Shown: piece after piece, positions 1-10,345 of the stretch
Layout: each line of letters opens with the position of its first letter
How positions within the stretch are numbered: the stretch's first letter is position 1
Assembly (NCBI GenBank): GCA_963745035.1
Contig: CAVUVW010000014.1
Span: forward strand, 64,001 to 128,000
DNA from: an uncultured delta proteobacterium
GTDB lineage: Bacteria > Desulfobacterota > Binatia > UBA9968
Length of the DNA: 64,000 bases
Reading direction: 5' to 3'
Position numbers and translations under genes: made by a program
Notes under the pieces: generated by a model
Databases searched by the model: none
The model's input: the letters and a program-made list of their open reading frames with translations, nothing else
What the model was told of the DNA's origin: nothing

Positions 1-605
1 GCCACTGCTTCGTGCACATCATGAGTGACAATGACCACCGCAGCATCGCTGAGCCGCAGTATTTCTTTGAAGTCGCTCAGCAACCTTTTGCGGGTGGGGG
101 CATCCAGAGCGGAAAATGGTTCGTCGAGCAGCAGTAATTCCGGTTCGAGCACGAGGGCACGCGCGAGGCTCGTCCGGCGCGCTTCGCCGCCCGAGAGGGT
201 GCGGGCAGAGCGCATGGCGATGTTGGCTATGCCTAAGCGTTCCAGCCACGGTTCAAGTTTTTTCTGGATCTGCTTTCGATCCAAGCCGCGTAATTTGAGT
301 CCGAGCGCCGCATTGCCATAGACAGTATCGTCGAGCAGTAAAGGCGCTTGGAGTACATTCGCGATTCGTCTTCGCAACGTCAGGGAATTTTGCGCCGTCG
401 GCGCTTCGCCCAAAAAGCAGACACTCCCGCTCGTCGGACGTTGAAGGAGTCCGATCACCCTGAGCAGGGTGGATTTCCCTGCTCCATTGGCGCCAATGAT
501 CGCCAGGGTTTCGCCACTGTGAATGTCCAGAGCCGGGATGTCGAGGACCGTTGCCGCTCCATAACAAACCCGAATATTACGAAGCGTTAGGAGAGGAGGG
601 GCCAT
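1..605 (-). CDS. ABC transporter ATP-binding protein (tungstate/molybdate, TupC-like); runs off window edge
   Basis: Manual translation from ATG 605: Walker A GANGAGKST, signature LSGGE, Walker B LLLLDEPFSALD, H-loop IVTHD; Mo/W gene context. Confidence 0.85.
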   Translation of the reverse strand, partial: MAPPLLTLRNIRVCYGAATVLDIPALDIHSGETLAIIGANGAGKSTLLRVIGLLQRPTSGSVCFLGEAPTAQNSLTLRRRIANVLQAPLLLDDTVYGNAALGLKLRGLDRKQIQKKLEPWLERLGIANIAMRSARTLSGGEARRTSLARALVLEPELLLLDEPFSALDAPTRKRLLSDFKEILRLSDAAVVIVTHDVHEAV

Positions 606-767
606 TTGGTCCGGCCCCGCTGCGCTGGGCCAAAAAATCATTCAGCAAAACAAAGATTCAAACAAAAGTTGGAACAATGACGAGGTCATGAGTTTCGACG
701 CTGGTCTTTGCCGATCACGGAAAGAGCAATCTTTGTTGCCGCATAGCCTTCTCCTTTTTTGGGTCAA

Positions 768-1660
768 CTAGTGTGCGGTGACGATTCGGCCGGACCCGGT
801 GGTGTCGTACCCCCCTAATGCGTCCACTCGTTGGCGGAACTCACGGGAGCCGAGGATGCCAAGCAACACCTGGATCCCAGGCGAGAAGAAGCGCTCTTTG
901 GCAATGACGACATCGAAACGCTCTCGGGTGAGAGGGATAAAATCCACTCCAAGCGACTCCGCGGTTGTGCGGGTTGCCAAGCCGGCATCGGCAGCGCCCC
1001 GCAAGATCCGCCGCGCGACTTCGAAATGCGTTGTGACTTCACTCTCGTAACCGGAAATCTTCTTGCCGTGCAACTTGGCGCGCGCCAGCTCCTGATCGAG
1101 ATAGATCCGCGTTCCCGAACCGGGCTGGCGATTGATGATGCGTAAATTCGCGCGCCCAAGATCCCGGATTGCTTTTATGCCTTTGGGATTCCCCCGCGCC
1201 ACGACAAGGCCCATCTCGCGATAAAAAGCCTCGACCACGACGGCGCCGGGTGGCAATAACCACCTTCACCAACACCGGCCCGCCGCGGTTCCAGCAGGTG
1301 CGCCGTGGCAAAATCAGCTACGCCGCTGTGAATCGCTGCCAGACCGCCGCTACTGCCGACCGTGGTCATAAAGAAGGAAGCGGATCGTGTTTGTGCTTCG
1401 TAAAGATCGTGCAGGATCACGAGGCTTGGGTCGTCGCTCCCCGCGGCGAGAAGAAACACCCGCTCTATGGCTTTGGCCCTTGGCGCAACCAGAGCGCAAG
1501 CGCTCTCCTCGATCCACCGGTCGATCAATTGCTTCGGGAAAGTCCATTTGCCGGTCACCCTCGTGCAAGGAATCTTGCCGAGTTTGGCGAGGGAATAGAC
1601 CTTCTTTTCGTTGATGCCCAGGTAGCGCGCGACCTCCCGGGTGTTCATGAGCTCGGCCAT
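768..1660 (-). CDS. Excisionase-type HTH + periplasmic molybdate-binding (PBP) domain regulator; one frameshift near 1250-1290
   Basis: N-term MNTREVARYLGINEKKVYSLAKLGKIPCTRVTGKWTF; PBP motifs GSSGGL, INRQPGSGTR, DFIPLTRERFD across ORFs 1175-1732 and 768-1256. Confidence 0.85.
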
Positions 1661-1701
1661 GGATCTCTTAGCTAATTGTTTTCCCGGTGAAAAGCAATAA
1701 A

Positions 1702-1720
1702 CTGACAAAATCTGACAAAA
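1702..1720. promoter_or_regulatory. Tandem direct repeat CTGACAAAA x2 (10-bp period), candidate operator
   Basis: Seen about 40 bp upstream of the HTH-PBP regulator start. Confidence 0.35.
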
Positions 1721-1845
1721 ACTCCGTCCCAAGGATAGTCAATCCAAGCAGCTCGTGCTAGGCGCTAAGTATGGCGACGAAAACGGTCCCGCATTGCGGT
1801 GCAAACCCGGCCGGGTTCACAGTCCAGTGGGTGGGGGCGCAGCGA

Positions 1846-2465
1846 GATGTCTTGCGAGGCGACATCGGAGGGCACGTCACGCTCGCCCTCGTTCTCGGAC
1901 CTGAGGAATCTTTATGGGTTGGGACCGGCAGAAGGCCTTCAGGGTGAGGTCTCCGTTTTCGATTCGGAACCGTCGATCTCCCGGATCATCAACGGAAAAC
2001 TCCAAGTCTATAGGGGCTTCAACGTGAAGGCCTGCTTTCTCGTCTATGCCCAAGTCGCCGCCTGGCGCAGCGTCACGATACAAAGTGAAATCGCCGACGA
2101 AGAAACCTTGGAAAACTGTATTTTGAACTTAGCATCTGAGTTCCATATCGATGTGAGTCACCCGTTCCCGTTTCTGATCAATGCGACACCCGTACGTGCG
2201 ACGTTTCATGTTCTCGATAAGCGCGACGGGTTTCCGCACAACCCCGAGCTTCATGAAGGCCAAGGTTCGGTTCGCACTCGAGCGGCAAACTGTGGAGGTG
2301 ATCGGCTTTTATTCGAATCGGCACCGTGGGATCTTTACACCCGGTGACGCAAACGTCCACATGCATATCAAGAGCGCGGACGGGCGCATGTCGGATCATC
2401 TTGAAAACATTCATTTGGACCGGGGAGCGACGCTGGCCGTTCCCCGCGTGGAGGGCAACCCATGA
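1846..2465 (+). CDS. Acetolactate decarboxylase-like protein, frameshifted and possibly 5'-truncated
   Basis: LYGLGPAEGLQGEV..., IGFYSNRHRGIFTPGDANVHMH...DH motifs over two frames. Confidence 0.65.
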
Positions 2466-2641
2466 AACTGAGTGCGCGCAACATCCTCAAAGGTAAAATC
2501 GTGGAGGTGAAGCGGGGGCAGACGACGGCTCACGTTAAGCTCGACGTCGGAGGAGGAATCGTCATTACTTCGTCGGTCACGATGGAAGCGCTGGATGACC
2601 TGAAGCTTGCGAAGTTCTCTGGTTTGTTCTTTTATGTGTAG
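2462..2641 (+). CDS. TOBE/Mop molybdate-binding protein, C-terminus truncated
   Basis: MKLSARNILKGKIVEVKRGQTTAHVKLDVGGGIVITSSVTMEALDDLKL; ATGA overlap with upstream stop. Confidence 0.85.
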   Translation: MKLSARNILKGKIVEVKRGQTTAHVKLDVGGGIVITSSVTMEALDDLKLAKFSGLFFYV

Positions 2642-2947
2642 TTTATGTGTATGTCGTATACAAGATTGCGTCGTTGTTATTCTTTTGAGATCGTGGACAT
2701 GCCTAAAGCTGATAACCGCGTATTATATTTTGCTGAGACATCTGTGACGAGGGCTCAGCGGCATAAAGTTAAAGCACTCGAATAATGATGGCGCGGTCTC
2801 ACCATGAACTCGACGAACTGGCCACCGCCTGATTGAGCGAATCAGCGGGTGAAAGAAGACGAACTTTGACTATAATCAAGCGCCTTGCGCCAGGGATATC
2901 AAACAAATCCCAGCCGACGGTCCATCAGTAGGAAAACCAATCTGCCC

Positions 2948-3706
2948 TCAAGCTGACCGGCCGTTTGGATGGCAGCAATCATACTCGATCTGCTCGTCCG
3001 CGTTCGGCCGGCCTCTGGGCGTCAGGTCGAACAGGGTCCAAAGCGGCTCGACAGTGCCCATGTGCCGCGGGTCCTGACCCGGATCAGTCGGCTCGAATAA
3101 GAGCTCGGACGCCCAATGCAGCCGAATCACGCCGTCAGGCCATCGCTTGAATACGGTCATGATCGGAACCTGCTGACCGTCCGCGTCCTCGCCATGATAG
3201 TCCCGCTTGAAGGTGTTGTTCGCAGCCGACAACAATTTGATGTGCTTCCATCCCTTATCGCGCGCGAACGCCGCGACCCGCTCGATCGGCGCCTTTGCGA
3301 CGACGGCAAGGTTGCCGCCGAGCCCCTCGAAATGGGGCATCGTTCCCTCCCACATGTCGATCAGCGCGGTGCACGAAGGGCACGGTCCCTCGGCGAGCGG
3401 TACGTGCTCCATGGAGCCGGCCGTCGGCCCGGGCCGATTGTCTTGGGCATGGCGGGGGAACATGTAATGGTAGAGCATGAGCGTGTCCCGGCCGCGGAAC
3501 AGTTCGGACAAGCGCACCGTCGAAAGCGCGCCGTCCGCACCGATGCAGTCGAATGAATAGTCTTCCGGCACTTCGCCGCCGGCCGGCAGCGCCCTCAATT
3601 CAGCTGCGACGGCCTCCATTTCCCGTCGCAGCGCCACCTCGCGCTTTAGCAGCGCAGTACGCGCACTCCGGTAGTCCGGCGTTTCGTGTGGGAAAGTTAC
3701 ACTCAT
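2948..3706 (-). CDS. DUF899 family (thioredoxin-like) protein
   Basis: R..LP.GGEVPEDY.F, LSELF, YHYMF, CPSCT motifs. Confidence 0.85.
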   Translation of the reverse strand: MSVTFPHETPDYRSARTALLKREVALRREMEAVAAELRALPAGGEVPEDYSFDCIGADGALSTVRLSELFRGRDTLMLYHYMFPRHAQDNRPGPTAGSMEHVPLAEGPCPSCTALIDMWEGTMPHFEGLGGNLAVVAKAPIERVAAFARDKGWKHIKLLSAANNTFKRDYHGEDADGQQVPIMTVFKRWPDGVIRLHWASELLFEPTDPGQDPRHMGTVEPLWTLFDLTPRGRPNADEQIEYDCCHPNGRSA

Positions 3707-3909
3707 GCTTTTCTCCTTTCGTTCCAGCTCTCACCCTTTGTCGAACCGAATGAGTGCATTTCGACATCCTACAAAGGATGTCACATCTTCACATGGGGAG
3801 AAAAGACGCATATGCAGCCAAATGGAATCCAACCGACACGAGAACTTAGTATCCTGAGAGCGCGGCAGGCACGTCGAATCCGTGCGCCGGAACAGAAAAT
3901 TCTTTGAGC

Positions 3910-4040
3910 GGCTCCGACGCATAGGCCCCAAGGACAATCACCCGTTCCTTTTCGGAACCGCGACGCCGGGAGAACGGCTCTTTGCCCAATGCGAGTAGTA
4001 CCGGCAGCGGTCCAGAACCCAAGCTGAGTTTGGCGGTGGG
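3910..4040 (+). repeat. Dispersed fragment family Y, copy 1 (others 13534-13641, 14377-14508)
   Basis: Shared GGACAATCA..CC.TTCCT, GGGAGAACGGCTCTTTGCC, AGTAG.ACCGGCAGCGG blocks. Confidence 0.85.
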
Positions 4041-4285
4041 AGCAATATGCGTTGGGTATGTAATGTCAACTTTGGACTGGAGCGAATTCTGCGCAACGAA
4101 TGGTGAGGGACAGTTGGCTGCAGCTGAGAGGAGGAATCGCTGCAATTGGCTCGATTCCTACTTCAGGTGGAAAGAAATCGATGTTACGCGCGCAGACAGT
4201 GGCCGTACGGCAAGATATTAGCCGCAATCAGACTCAGACAGATCCGACATGTTGCCATATTCGTCTGGCCCGAACTCTACTCACC

Positions 4286-4486
4286 CTAAATTGGCAATTT
4301 GTCGACGACCTCGGCGGCCTCGTCTATCGCCTCATGTGCCGCATCGCCCGCGACAGGCACGATGGAAGTCACTGCGCCGACCACGCGCATCGGCACGGTG
4401 ACCAATTTGGTGAGAACACAACCGGATAGCAGGATCACCCCGATCAGCAAACATAACGCTTTGATGAATCGCATAATAGCCTCCAT
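4286..4486 (-). CDS. Small predicted lipoprotein
   Basis: Lipobox LLSGC followed by TKLVTVPMRVVGAV. Confidence 0.75.
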   Translation of the reverse strand: MEAIMRFIKALCLLIGVILLSGCVLTKLVTVPMRVVGAVTSIVPVAGDAAHEAIDEAAEVVDKLPI

Positions 4487-4742
4487 AGGTTTCTATGGCC
4501 TCGCACAGCATCCATACTGTCAATTTAGTCGACGCCGCCCCATCGAGTTAACGCCTCCTCTGACTCGCTCCTGTCGCAGCCATTTAACACGAGCGAAACG
4601 CTTCAGAAAATCATTGAGGAAATGGATGAGACTGAAGCGGGGAAGCCGCAAACGAGTACACGTGATTTGTAGTCAAATTCTTTTCTAGTGGTGCCGTTGA
4701 TCAGTTAACCACGCTCGCAAATCCGGCACTATCCCGCTTGCC

Positions 4743-5429
4743 TCAATATTTGGATAGAGCGGCCAGTAAGTTCCGCGTGCCCGCAGGCGGCTGTACTCTG
4801 CCGCTAAGAATCTCTCCCGGCGTAACCGGATTGCCGTAATACGCGGCGTTGGCGTCATCTCGCGTCCCTATACCCGTGCCCTCGAGCGAAACGCCGGCAA
4901 ATAATCCCTGACTCCGGCTATAACTGTACATCGCTGCCTGTAAAGCTACGCCGCCCTCGGCGCTGCGTCCTAGAGGACCCGCCGCTACGCTGAGGTTCCC
5001 ACCAAGCGTGACGTTGGCCTGTTTGGCAAACGCGTCAACAGCAGCCGGAGTGTTGAGGACAATAACGAATTCGGTGATGTCGACTCCAGCTTGAAAACCG
5101 ATGCCAAGTCCCCCCGTCCTGATCGCGGAGGGAGCGCTCCAACCTTTTTCCGTCCGCGCAACGACAACTCCACTACCGGTCCTGGCACTACCAATAAACC
5201 CGGCCCTTGTGACGGTGAGAATCGCCACACCTCTGGCTGCCTTTATGACAGCGGGTGGAATTCCTTTCTCCGGCATCGCCTCAAATCGTTCAATGATGGC
5301 CGCTGCTTGATCAACATCTGCCTGCATCGAATCGTGCGGAGAAACCGTAGCACACGCGCTGAACAATGCTGCGGCGAGCACACAAATAATTGCCTTCATG
5401 CTAAGACTCCTTCGCAGAAAAAATTCCAC
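4743..5429 (-). CDS. Lipid-binding SYLF (Ysc84) domain lipoprotein
   Basis: Lipobox FSAC; WSAPS, GFQAG, YSYSRSQGLFAGVSLEG, NAAYYG. Confidence 0.9.
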   Translation of the reverse strand: MEFFLRRSLSMKAIICVLAAALFSACATVSPHDSMQADVDQAAAIIERFEAMPEKGIPPAVIKAARGVAILTVTRAGFIGSARTGSGVVVARTEKGWSAPSAIRTGGLGIGFQAGVDITEFVIVLNTPAAVDAFAKQANVTLGGNLSVAAGPLGRSAEGGVALQAAMYSYSRSQGLFAGVSLEGTGIGTRDDANAAYYGNPVTPGEILSGRVQPPAGTRNLLAALSKY

Positions 5430-5835
5430 CCGGTCAAAATAAGCGTATTAGTTAAAATGCGGCGAATCAAGGAGTGTTTTGGCCAGCCTTTGTGGATTTA
5501 GTGGATTTAACGCCAAATGCCGCCTGCAAGCCCGGGTGGCTTCAAGCTGCGCTTGATTAGGGATCGAGTCGTTTCCTCTAATCTTTGAATACATAACAGT
5601 CGTCGATTCAAAACGACACGAGGATTAATAATTCTCGTAGCACGTCTAAGCAGCAGAGAACAAAGAACAATTTCTTAGCTTTGCCATTACTTTACTGGTC
5701 CAAAATCCCGCTAAAACGAATCATTTCTCGTCTGACCAATCGAATCCGCTATTCTCAGCGCTGCTACAATTCTCTCGTTGACCGCTGTTGGGTCCACGAG
5801 ATAGCGTAGGCGCTGCAAAGAACCAGGTAAAGACG

Positions 5836-6330
5836 ATGGTAAACGGAAGTGTCGTCGGCATTTTCATCTCCCCTATTGCTGGAGGGCAGATGCAACAGGT
5901 GCAAACCGTCCAAGCACTCGCGGGTGCAGGATTGGCTGGCGACCGATATTCGACAGGTACGGGTAGCTTCAGCCGAAAGCAAGTCGGGAGGCGGCAAGTC
6001 ACTCTAATCAATTCCATTTTCTTCAAGGACAGCGGCTTTGAATATTTTGAAAGCCGGCGCAACATCGTAACGCACGGAGTCGAGCTGATGTGGCTCATCG
6101 GGAGAGAATTTCAAATTGGAGAGGCGCTATTTCGGGGTCAGCAGTATTGCGACCCCTGTCTCCGGCCCAGTCACCTCTCAGGAAAGAAGCATAAGTTTCT
6201 CGAAGCGTTCCTGGATCGCGGCGGTCTAGTCGCGGAGGTGATTGAAGGGGGTACAATCACAAGAGGAGATACGATCATCATCAAGGCGTTGCCTCATGAA
6301 GGCTACTACTACAGAAACCGCCAAAATTAA
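5836..6330 (+). CDS. MOSC domain protein
   Basis: GLAGDRY, RQVTLI, RRNIVTHG, CDPC, GGLVAEVIEGGTITRGD. Confidence 0.9.
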   Translation: MVNGSVVGIFISPIAGGQMQQVQTVQALAGAGLAGDRYSTGTGSFSRKQVGRRQVTLINSIFFKDSGFEYFESRRNIVTHGVELMWLIGREFQIGEALFRGQQYCDPCLRPSHLSGKKHKFLEAFLDRGGLVAEVIEGGTITRGDTIIIKALPHEGYYYRNRQN

Positions 6331-6513
6331 TGCTGATTATCTCACACATTGAATACCCCCAATCCAAGGCAAAATAGCATCATCTCCGTATCCTGTGCTC
6401 ATGGCAGGCATACGCGGCAAGAGCGGCCCATCAGGCAACCAGAACGCCTTCGACATGGTTTGGCGGGCATTGCAACAACTACGGGTAAACGGCTCGCTGA
6501 CACCGGGGATTAA

Positions 6514-6825
6514 TCAGCCGTATTTCTTGACTGCTTGCTCGATTGCGCCTCCAGCCTTAGCAAGGTCGTCAGGTACCATCACGGGATGAATCTCAATCCT
6601 CGCATTGAAAGCGAGGAGCCACGGCTCCACGATTGCGGGAATCAGGGAAGCGTCCTGCATCTCAAGAAAGAGAAACGCCGTCCGTTGACCATTGTCGTCC
6701 GTAAAATATACGGCCTCGGGCTTCAAATCCGCCAATATGGATTGGATGGTCGTGCCGAGCTTTCCCGCTTTCGCAGCCGCATTTCCGGCTTCGACAGGAA
6801 TGTTCACCTTGACTAGAAATCGCAT
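6514..6825 (-). CDS. Small conserved protein (DUF3303/GYD-like), copy 1
   Basis: 103-aa ORF with GGAGG RBS; LKPEAVYF...G.RT...HPVM pattern. Confidence 0.75.
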   Translation of the reverse strand: MRFLVKVNIPVEAGNAAAKAGKLGTTIQSILADLKPEAVYFTDDNGQRTAFLFLEMQDASLIPAIVEPWLLAFNARIEIHPVMVPDDLAKAGGAIEQAVKKYG

Positions 6826-6877
6826 AGATCACCTCCGCATTATTTGATTGCTTTTCCCAAGATATCCCTTTCATGAG

Positions 6878-7105
6878 TTAGGTGGTCTCCGCCGTTGGAT
6901 CAGGCTTGCTGCCAGACTTTCTTTCATCTCCGGTATGCATCACCGGTCTTTTTAACAGGACAGTATCGCTCTGCGCAGCGTACGCCACGGCTTCCCATCC
7001 CTCGCGCCCGAAACCGTTCAGAATATCTTCGTGCTTTTCTCGTTGATGCGGTTCTGTCGCATCCACAAGCAATCCGAGCGCGACCAGCTTGTATTCCCAT
7101 TGCAT
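6878..7105 (-). CDS. DUF4177-like small protein, copy 1
   Basis: MQWEYK...LNGFGREGWEAV...LLKRP. Confidence 0.75.
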   Translation of the reverse strand: MQWEYKLVALGLLVDATEPHQREKHEDILNGFGREGWEAVAYAAQSDTVLLKRPVMHTGDERKSGSKPDPTAETT

Positions 7106-7223
7106 AAAAATGTCCGCCATTCTGAAAAGTTGTGTGACTTTGCTACAATCGAAATGCGGTCCCTGATGAAAAAGGATATCAGAGACCCCAGAGCATTGTA
7201 GATGGTCGGAAAAAAAGAACACA

Positions 7224-7619
7224 GTGGATCCCAATACCATTGCCTTCCGGCATAGTCTTTCGGCAATCGAGCGCCGCCGCACAGAGGGTGAGCTAACCCA
7301 TGACGAGCAGGATGTCCGGGCCGGGATTCTCGCCGGACTGATCGCAGATAAAGGCGGAGAGCAGCAGATCGGCACCGCCGAGCGCATTCTGGCAGAGATC
7401 ATCAGCAGCGACGTGTCGCTCTTGGTGACGGTGAATCAAGCCATAGAGGGAGTTCTGAGAAATAATCAGAAAGCGCGAGAGAACCCGAAAGCGTTGACGC
7501 AACTCGACGGCTATAAGCGCGACCTGGTGAACAGTCTCACCGGTGATCTACACCGATTTGGCTTCGACAGGACTCCGAAACACGGGACGAAATCATTGGC
7601 CGGGCAGGACGAACCGTAG
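7224..7619 (+). pseudogene. Largest piece of recurrent element gene X (phage-like helical protein)
   Basis: AFRHSL...ILAGLIADKGGEQQIGTA; homologous fragments at 6401-6510, 14860-15085, 16794-16902, 17616-17695. Confidence 0.6.
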
Positions 7620-8483
7620 CGCTCCAGGTACGTGGAACAAGTCCCATTTTTGTACGTCCTCAATCTAAGTAAATACTTTGTCGGCGCTTCATGTTAGCCG
7701 TCGGAAAACCGATTGCTCGTTCAATTTGCCTTCGGGAAACCGATTGGTGGTCCAATATCCAATTCTGTAATTCGCCATCCCTCGTTGAAAAGCTCGTACG
7801 TGGCAAATACGACAGAGACGTTGGGATCTTCATTGCCAAAACAAGCTAGGACCTCCGTGGGTAATTTGTTGCGCTTCCATTCCCAGAAGGCATAGATCTG
7901 CTTCTTACCTGGTCCTTCGTCCCGTATGGCCATGACGAGCCAGACTCGGCGATCATGATTACCCGGCACTTCAACTGCCAAGCGCGGAGGACCTTGTACA
8001 ACGGGGAAATCTTGTACAACCCGCGTGAAGTACTTCCTTCCGTCTGGCGTGAACTCAATGCCGCGTCCATGATTTCTCCACATATGATTTTCTGAACCGC
8101 ATTCTAGGCTTTCACTCGTCAGTTCTAGCAGCAAGCCGCTACCGGTTGAGAAAGTAAGTGGACTTTTGGATGTCGGTCTGTGCTCGTGACCGAGTGACAT
8201 GTTTTTTCCCGCTGTCACAAGCGACACTGAAGAACAGGCCTACAACCAAAAGCACATAGAAGTGGCACATAGGTAACAACTCCGCATATCCGTCTCTCAC
8301 TTTGGGACCGGAATTGCGAATCAAATTCAACTGCCACTAGCCGTCTCGCACATACGAGGTACGGGTTCAGCAAATTACGTCTCGCGTGTTTTGGCTAATA
8401 GATGGCGCGGGGAAATTGATTCCTCTGCCCACGAGATGAGAAGGCAAGCCGCAGTTTAAGTATCTGCTGCGAACGTGTACAGA

Positions 8484-8921
8484 TCAGCTCCAGTATCCGA
8501 GCCGTGGAACAAAATAGCTGACCGATCTTGGTAAAGACGGGTGAAGCGCGAGTTCCTGTAATTCCTGTGCTGTAAAAACTCGATGACTTAGCTCTGCATC
8601 GGCTTCTTCGTAATCTAAAATCGCAAAGTTTTGGGTCCAAACGATCCGGAATTCATCGACTTCCATTCTGTCGGCAAAATCGCCTACTGCTCGCAATTGC
8701 TCGGACAACGATGATCGAACTCGGTTCGCTTGTACGAACACATGGGGTTTATTTGTCCGTATTAATGCACTCACCCGCGAGAGAGCAGTTGCATCGAAAC
8801 GAAACATAACGTCGCCCACGAAGACCCGATAGACGTCACTCTTCACATCAACCTTGAAGGTCGTGATCTTAGCAGTTTCGAGAGCCTGTCCTATAATCTT
8901 CAGAGATCGAGAATGAAGCAT
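8484..8921 (-). CDS. Uncharacterised two-repeat family protein, paralog 1
   Basis: SLKIIGQALE ... LSEQLRAVGDFADR; similar to ORFs at 9213, 26261, 30708. Confidence 0.75.
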   Translation of the reverse strand: MLHSRSLKIIGQALETAKITTFKVDVKSDVYRVFVGDVMFRFDATALSRVSALIRTNKPHVFVQANRVRSSLSEQLRAVGDFADRMEVDEFRIVWTQNFAILDYEEADAELSHRVFTAQELQELALHPSLPRSVSYFVPRLGYWS

Positions 8922-8951
8922 CGATTGCGGCCTGTCAGAGATGGACGATGG

Positions 8952-8967
8952 CGCAACCCTTATGCCA
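8952..8967 (-). promoter_or_regulatory. Candidate sigma-54 -24/-12 promoter
   Basis: TGGCATAAGGGTTGCG (GG-N10-GC) about 30 bp upstream of ATG 8921. Confidence 0.55.
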
Positions 8968-9106
8968 TATGATTTCGTAGCCGATCGTAGACGAATTCGG
9001 TATTCATGGTAATTCTTAGCGGCCATTCCGTGGCAGACAGTGCGTGTCAAGCCGACAATCATTGACAACGAAGCGGGAAGCACCGAGCGCGGCGCTCTAG
9101 TGGCCT

Positions 9107-9141
9107 GAGTCCATCCAGGAAAGGGCGGCGTGAATCCGACC
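9107..9141 (+). repeat. Fragment family Z, copy 1 (copy 2 at 9824-9858)
   Basis: GAG(T/C)CCATCCAGGA(A/G)AGGGCGG(C/T)GTGAATCCGACC, 32/35 identical. Confidence 0.85.
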
Positions 9142-9212
9142 ATGGCGCTCCCAGCAATCTCTTCATCTGAGCTGAACTTTCAATTAGACTGTTTGCATAT
9201 GCCCGAACGCAA

Positions 9213-9690
9213 TATGGCGGCACGGAGGTACGCTGAAGAACTGAGAACGATCGGTCAAGCGCTTCAGGCCAGAGGTGTGACTGCGTTCGAGCTGCACAGC
9301 GTTCCCGCTGGGTATTTCATCAAAGAGTTGGCCGGTCGGTCGTCCTCTACGCAGAACCGATTACTTCGTTTTTTGAAGAATAGCACTGAATCGACGACCT
9401 ACGGTTTTGAACTGACTGAAGTTCAGGCACTCTCAAGTGCTGGCCGCGCTCGGCGCTCAGCAACGGACCAGATTCCCAATTTTCGTGACTTGTCGAATTT
9501 GCTTCGTACCATCGGTGCATATATGGATTCAAAGCAGGTGGAATTGATCGAGCTGCAGAAGAGGCCGATTTCAATCTCACTTGCGTATCGCGACAAGCTG
9601 GGAAACGAGCAGCGAGAGGATAGGACCGTGTCATCGTTCCACAATGTTTTTCGTGAGATTTTGATGACTCGTGCTTCGACGCCCCGATAG
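9213..9690 (+). CDS. Uncharacterised two-repeat family protein, paralog 2 (start approximate)
   Basis: ELRTIGQALQ ... LSNLLRTIGAYMD. Confidence 0.75.
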
Positions 9691-10088
9691 CGGCTCGATG
9701 GTTACGTGCCGGTTCCCGGCGCCTCTCTTTTCAAGGTCTCACCCGACGGCTGCATGCTGAAAATCGCCGACTAAATCCCCTTCCCAACGAACGCGCTGCC
9801 CAACATCAAAAGCGTTGCGCCTGGAGCCCATCCAGGAGAGGGCGGTGTGAATCCGACCGCAGCTCTCTAAACCTGATTGACGAATAGTATCCAGGACCGG
9901 AGATGCCGTCTCCGCGACAGGAATGGCACTTCGTGCACGAAACCCGTCATAGTTGACATGCAACCGTTGCGATTTCGGAACGTCGACTAACTGTCAAGTG
10001 AGGAGCTTTGGAGCACTCTGCTGCACAACGACGCCATCTTGCACAGTTCACCGCCACACCCCTTCCGTGTCATCTTTCCGTCCCTGAT

Positions 10089-10104
10089 TGGCATCTCTTG
10101 TGCT
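10089..10104 (+). promoter_or_regulatory. Candidate sigma-54 -24/-12 promoter
   Basis: TGGCATCTCTTGTGCT upstream of AAGGAG RBS and small ORF. Confidence 0.45.
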
Positions 10105-10138
10105 CCTAACTCGGGAGAATTCCAAGGAGCTATCAGTC

Positions 10139-10345
10139 ATGCACGACCTATTTTTCTTGTCGGCGATCTCAGTAGCCGTATTTCTGTTTTTTCTGCCAAC
10201 CATCAGTAACCTGCTGAGCCGCAACAGAACCCGGGAAATAGAGCGGTTCAGAACGGAGAATTCCGAGTCGGACATCTGGAGCTTTGACCGTTCGAAGTCG
10301 AATAACGTCGAGACGAGATCTGCTGACGACTGGGGTCTGAATTAA
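10139..10345 (+). CDS. Small single-TM protein
   Basis: AAGGAG RBS; MHDLFFLSAISVAVFLFFLPTI hydrophobic N-term. Confidence 0.55.
   Translation: MHDLFFLSAISVAVFLFFLPTISNLLSRNRTREIERFRTENSESDIWSFDRSKSNNVETRSADDWGLN

Larger units (their letters stand above)
6367..7303 (+). repeat. ~937-bp near-identical duplication, copy 1 (copy 2 at 16759-17695)
   Basis: Direct comparison; identical 103-aa ORF in both, only a few substitutions/indels, mostly at the 5' end. Confidence 0.95.

Noticed and set aside
9107-9870. Repeat Z as a riboswitch (GGTGTGAATCC T-loop-like motif)
   Set aside because: Hairpins form in copy 2 but are not preserved in copy 1; both read as a gene end E(S/P)IQERA(A/V)-stop
9935-9965. 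ATP-dependent DNA ligase remnant (YDGFRA)
   Set aside because: Only six residues match; too short to support
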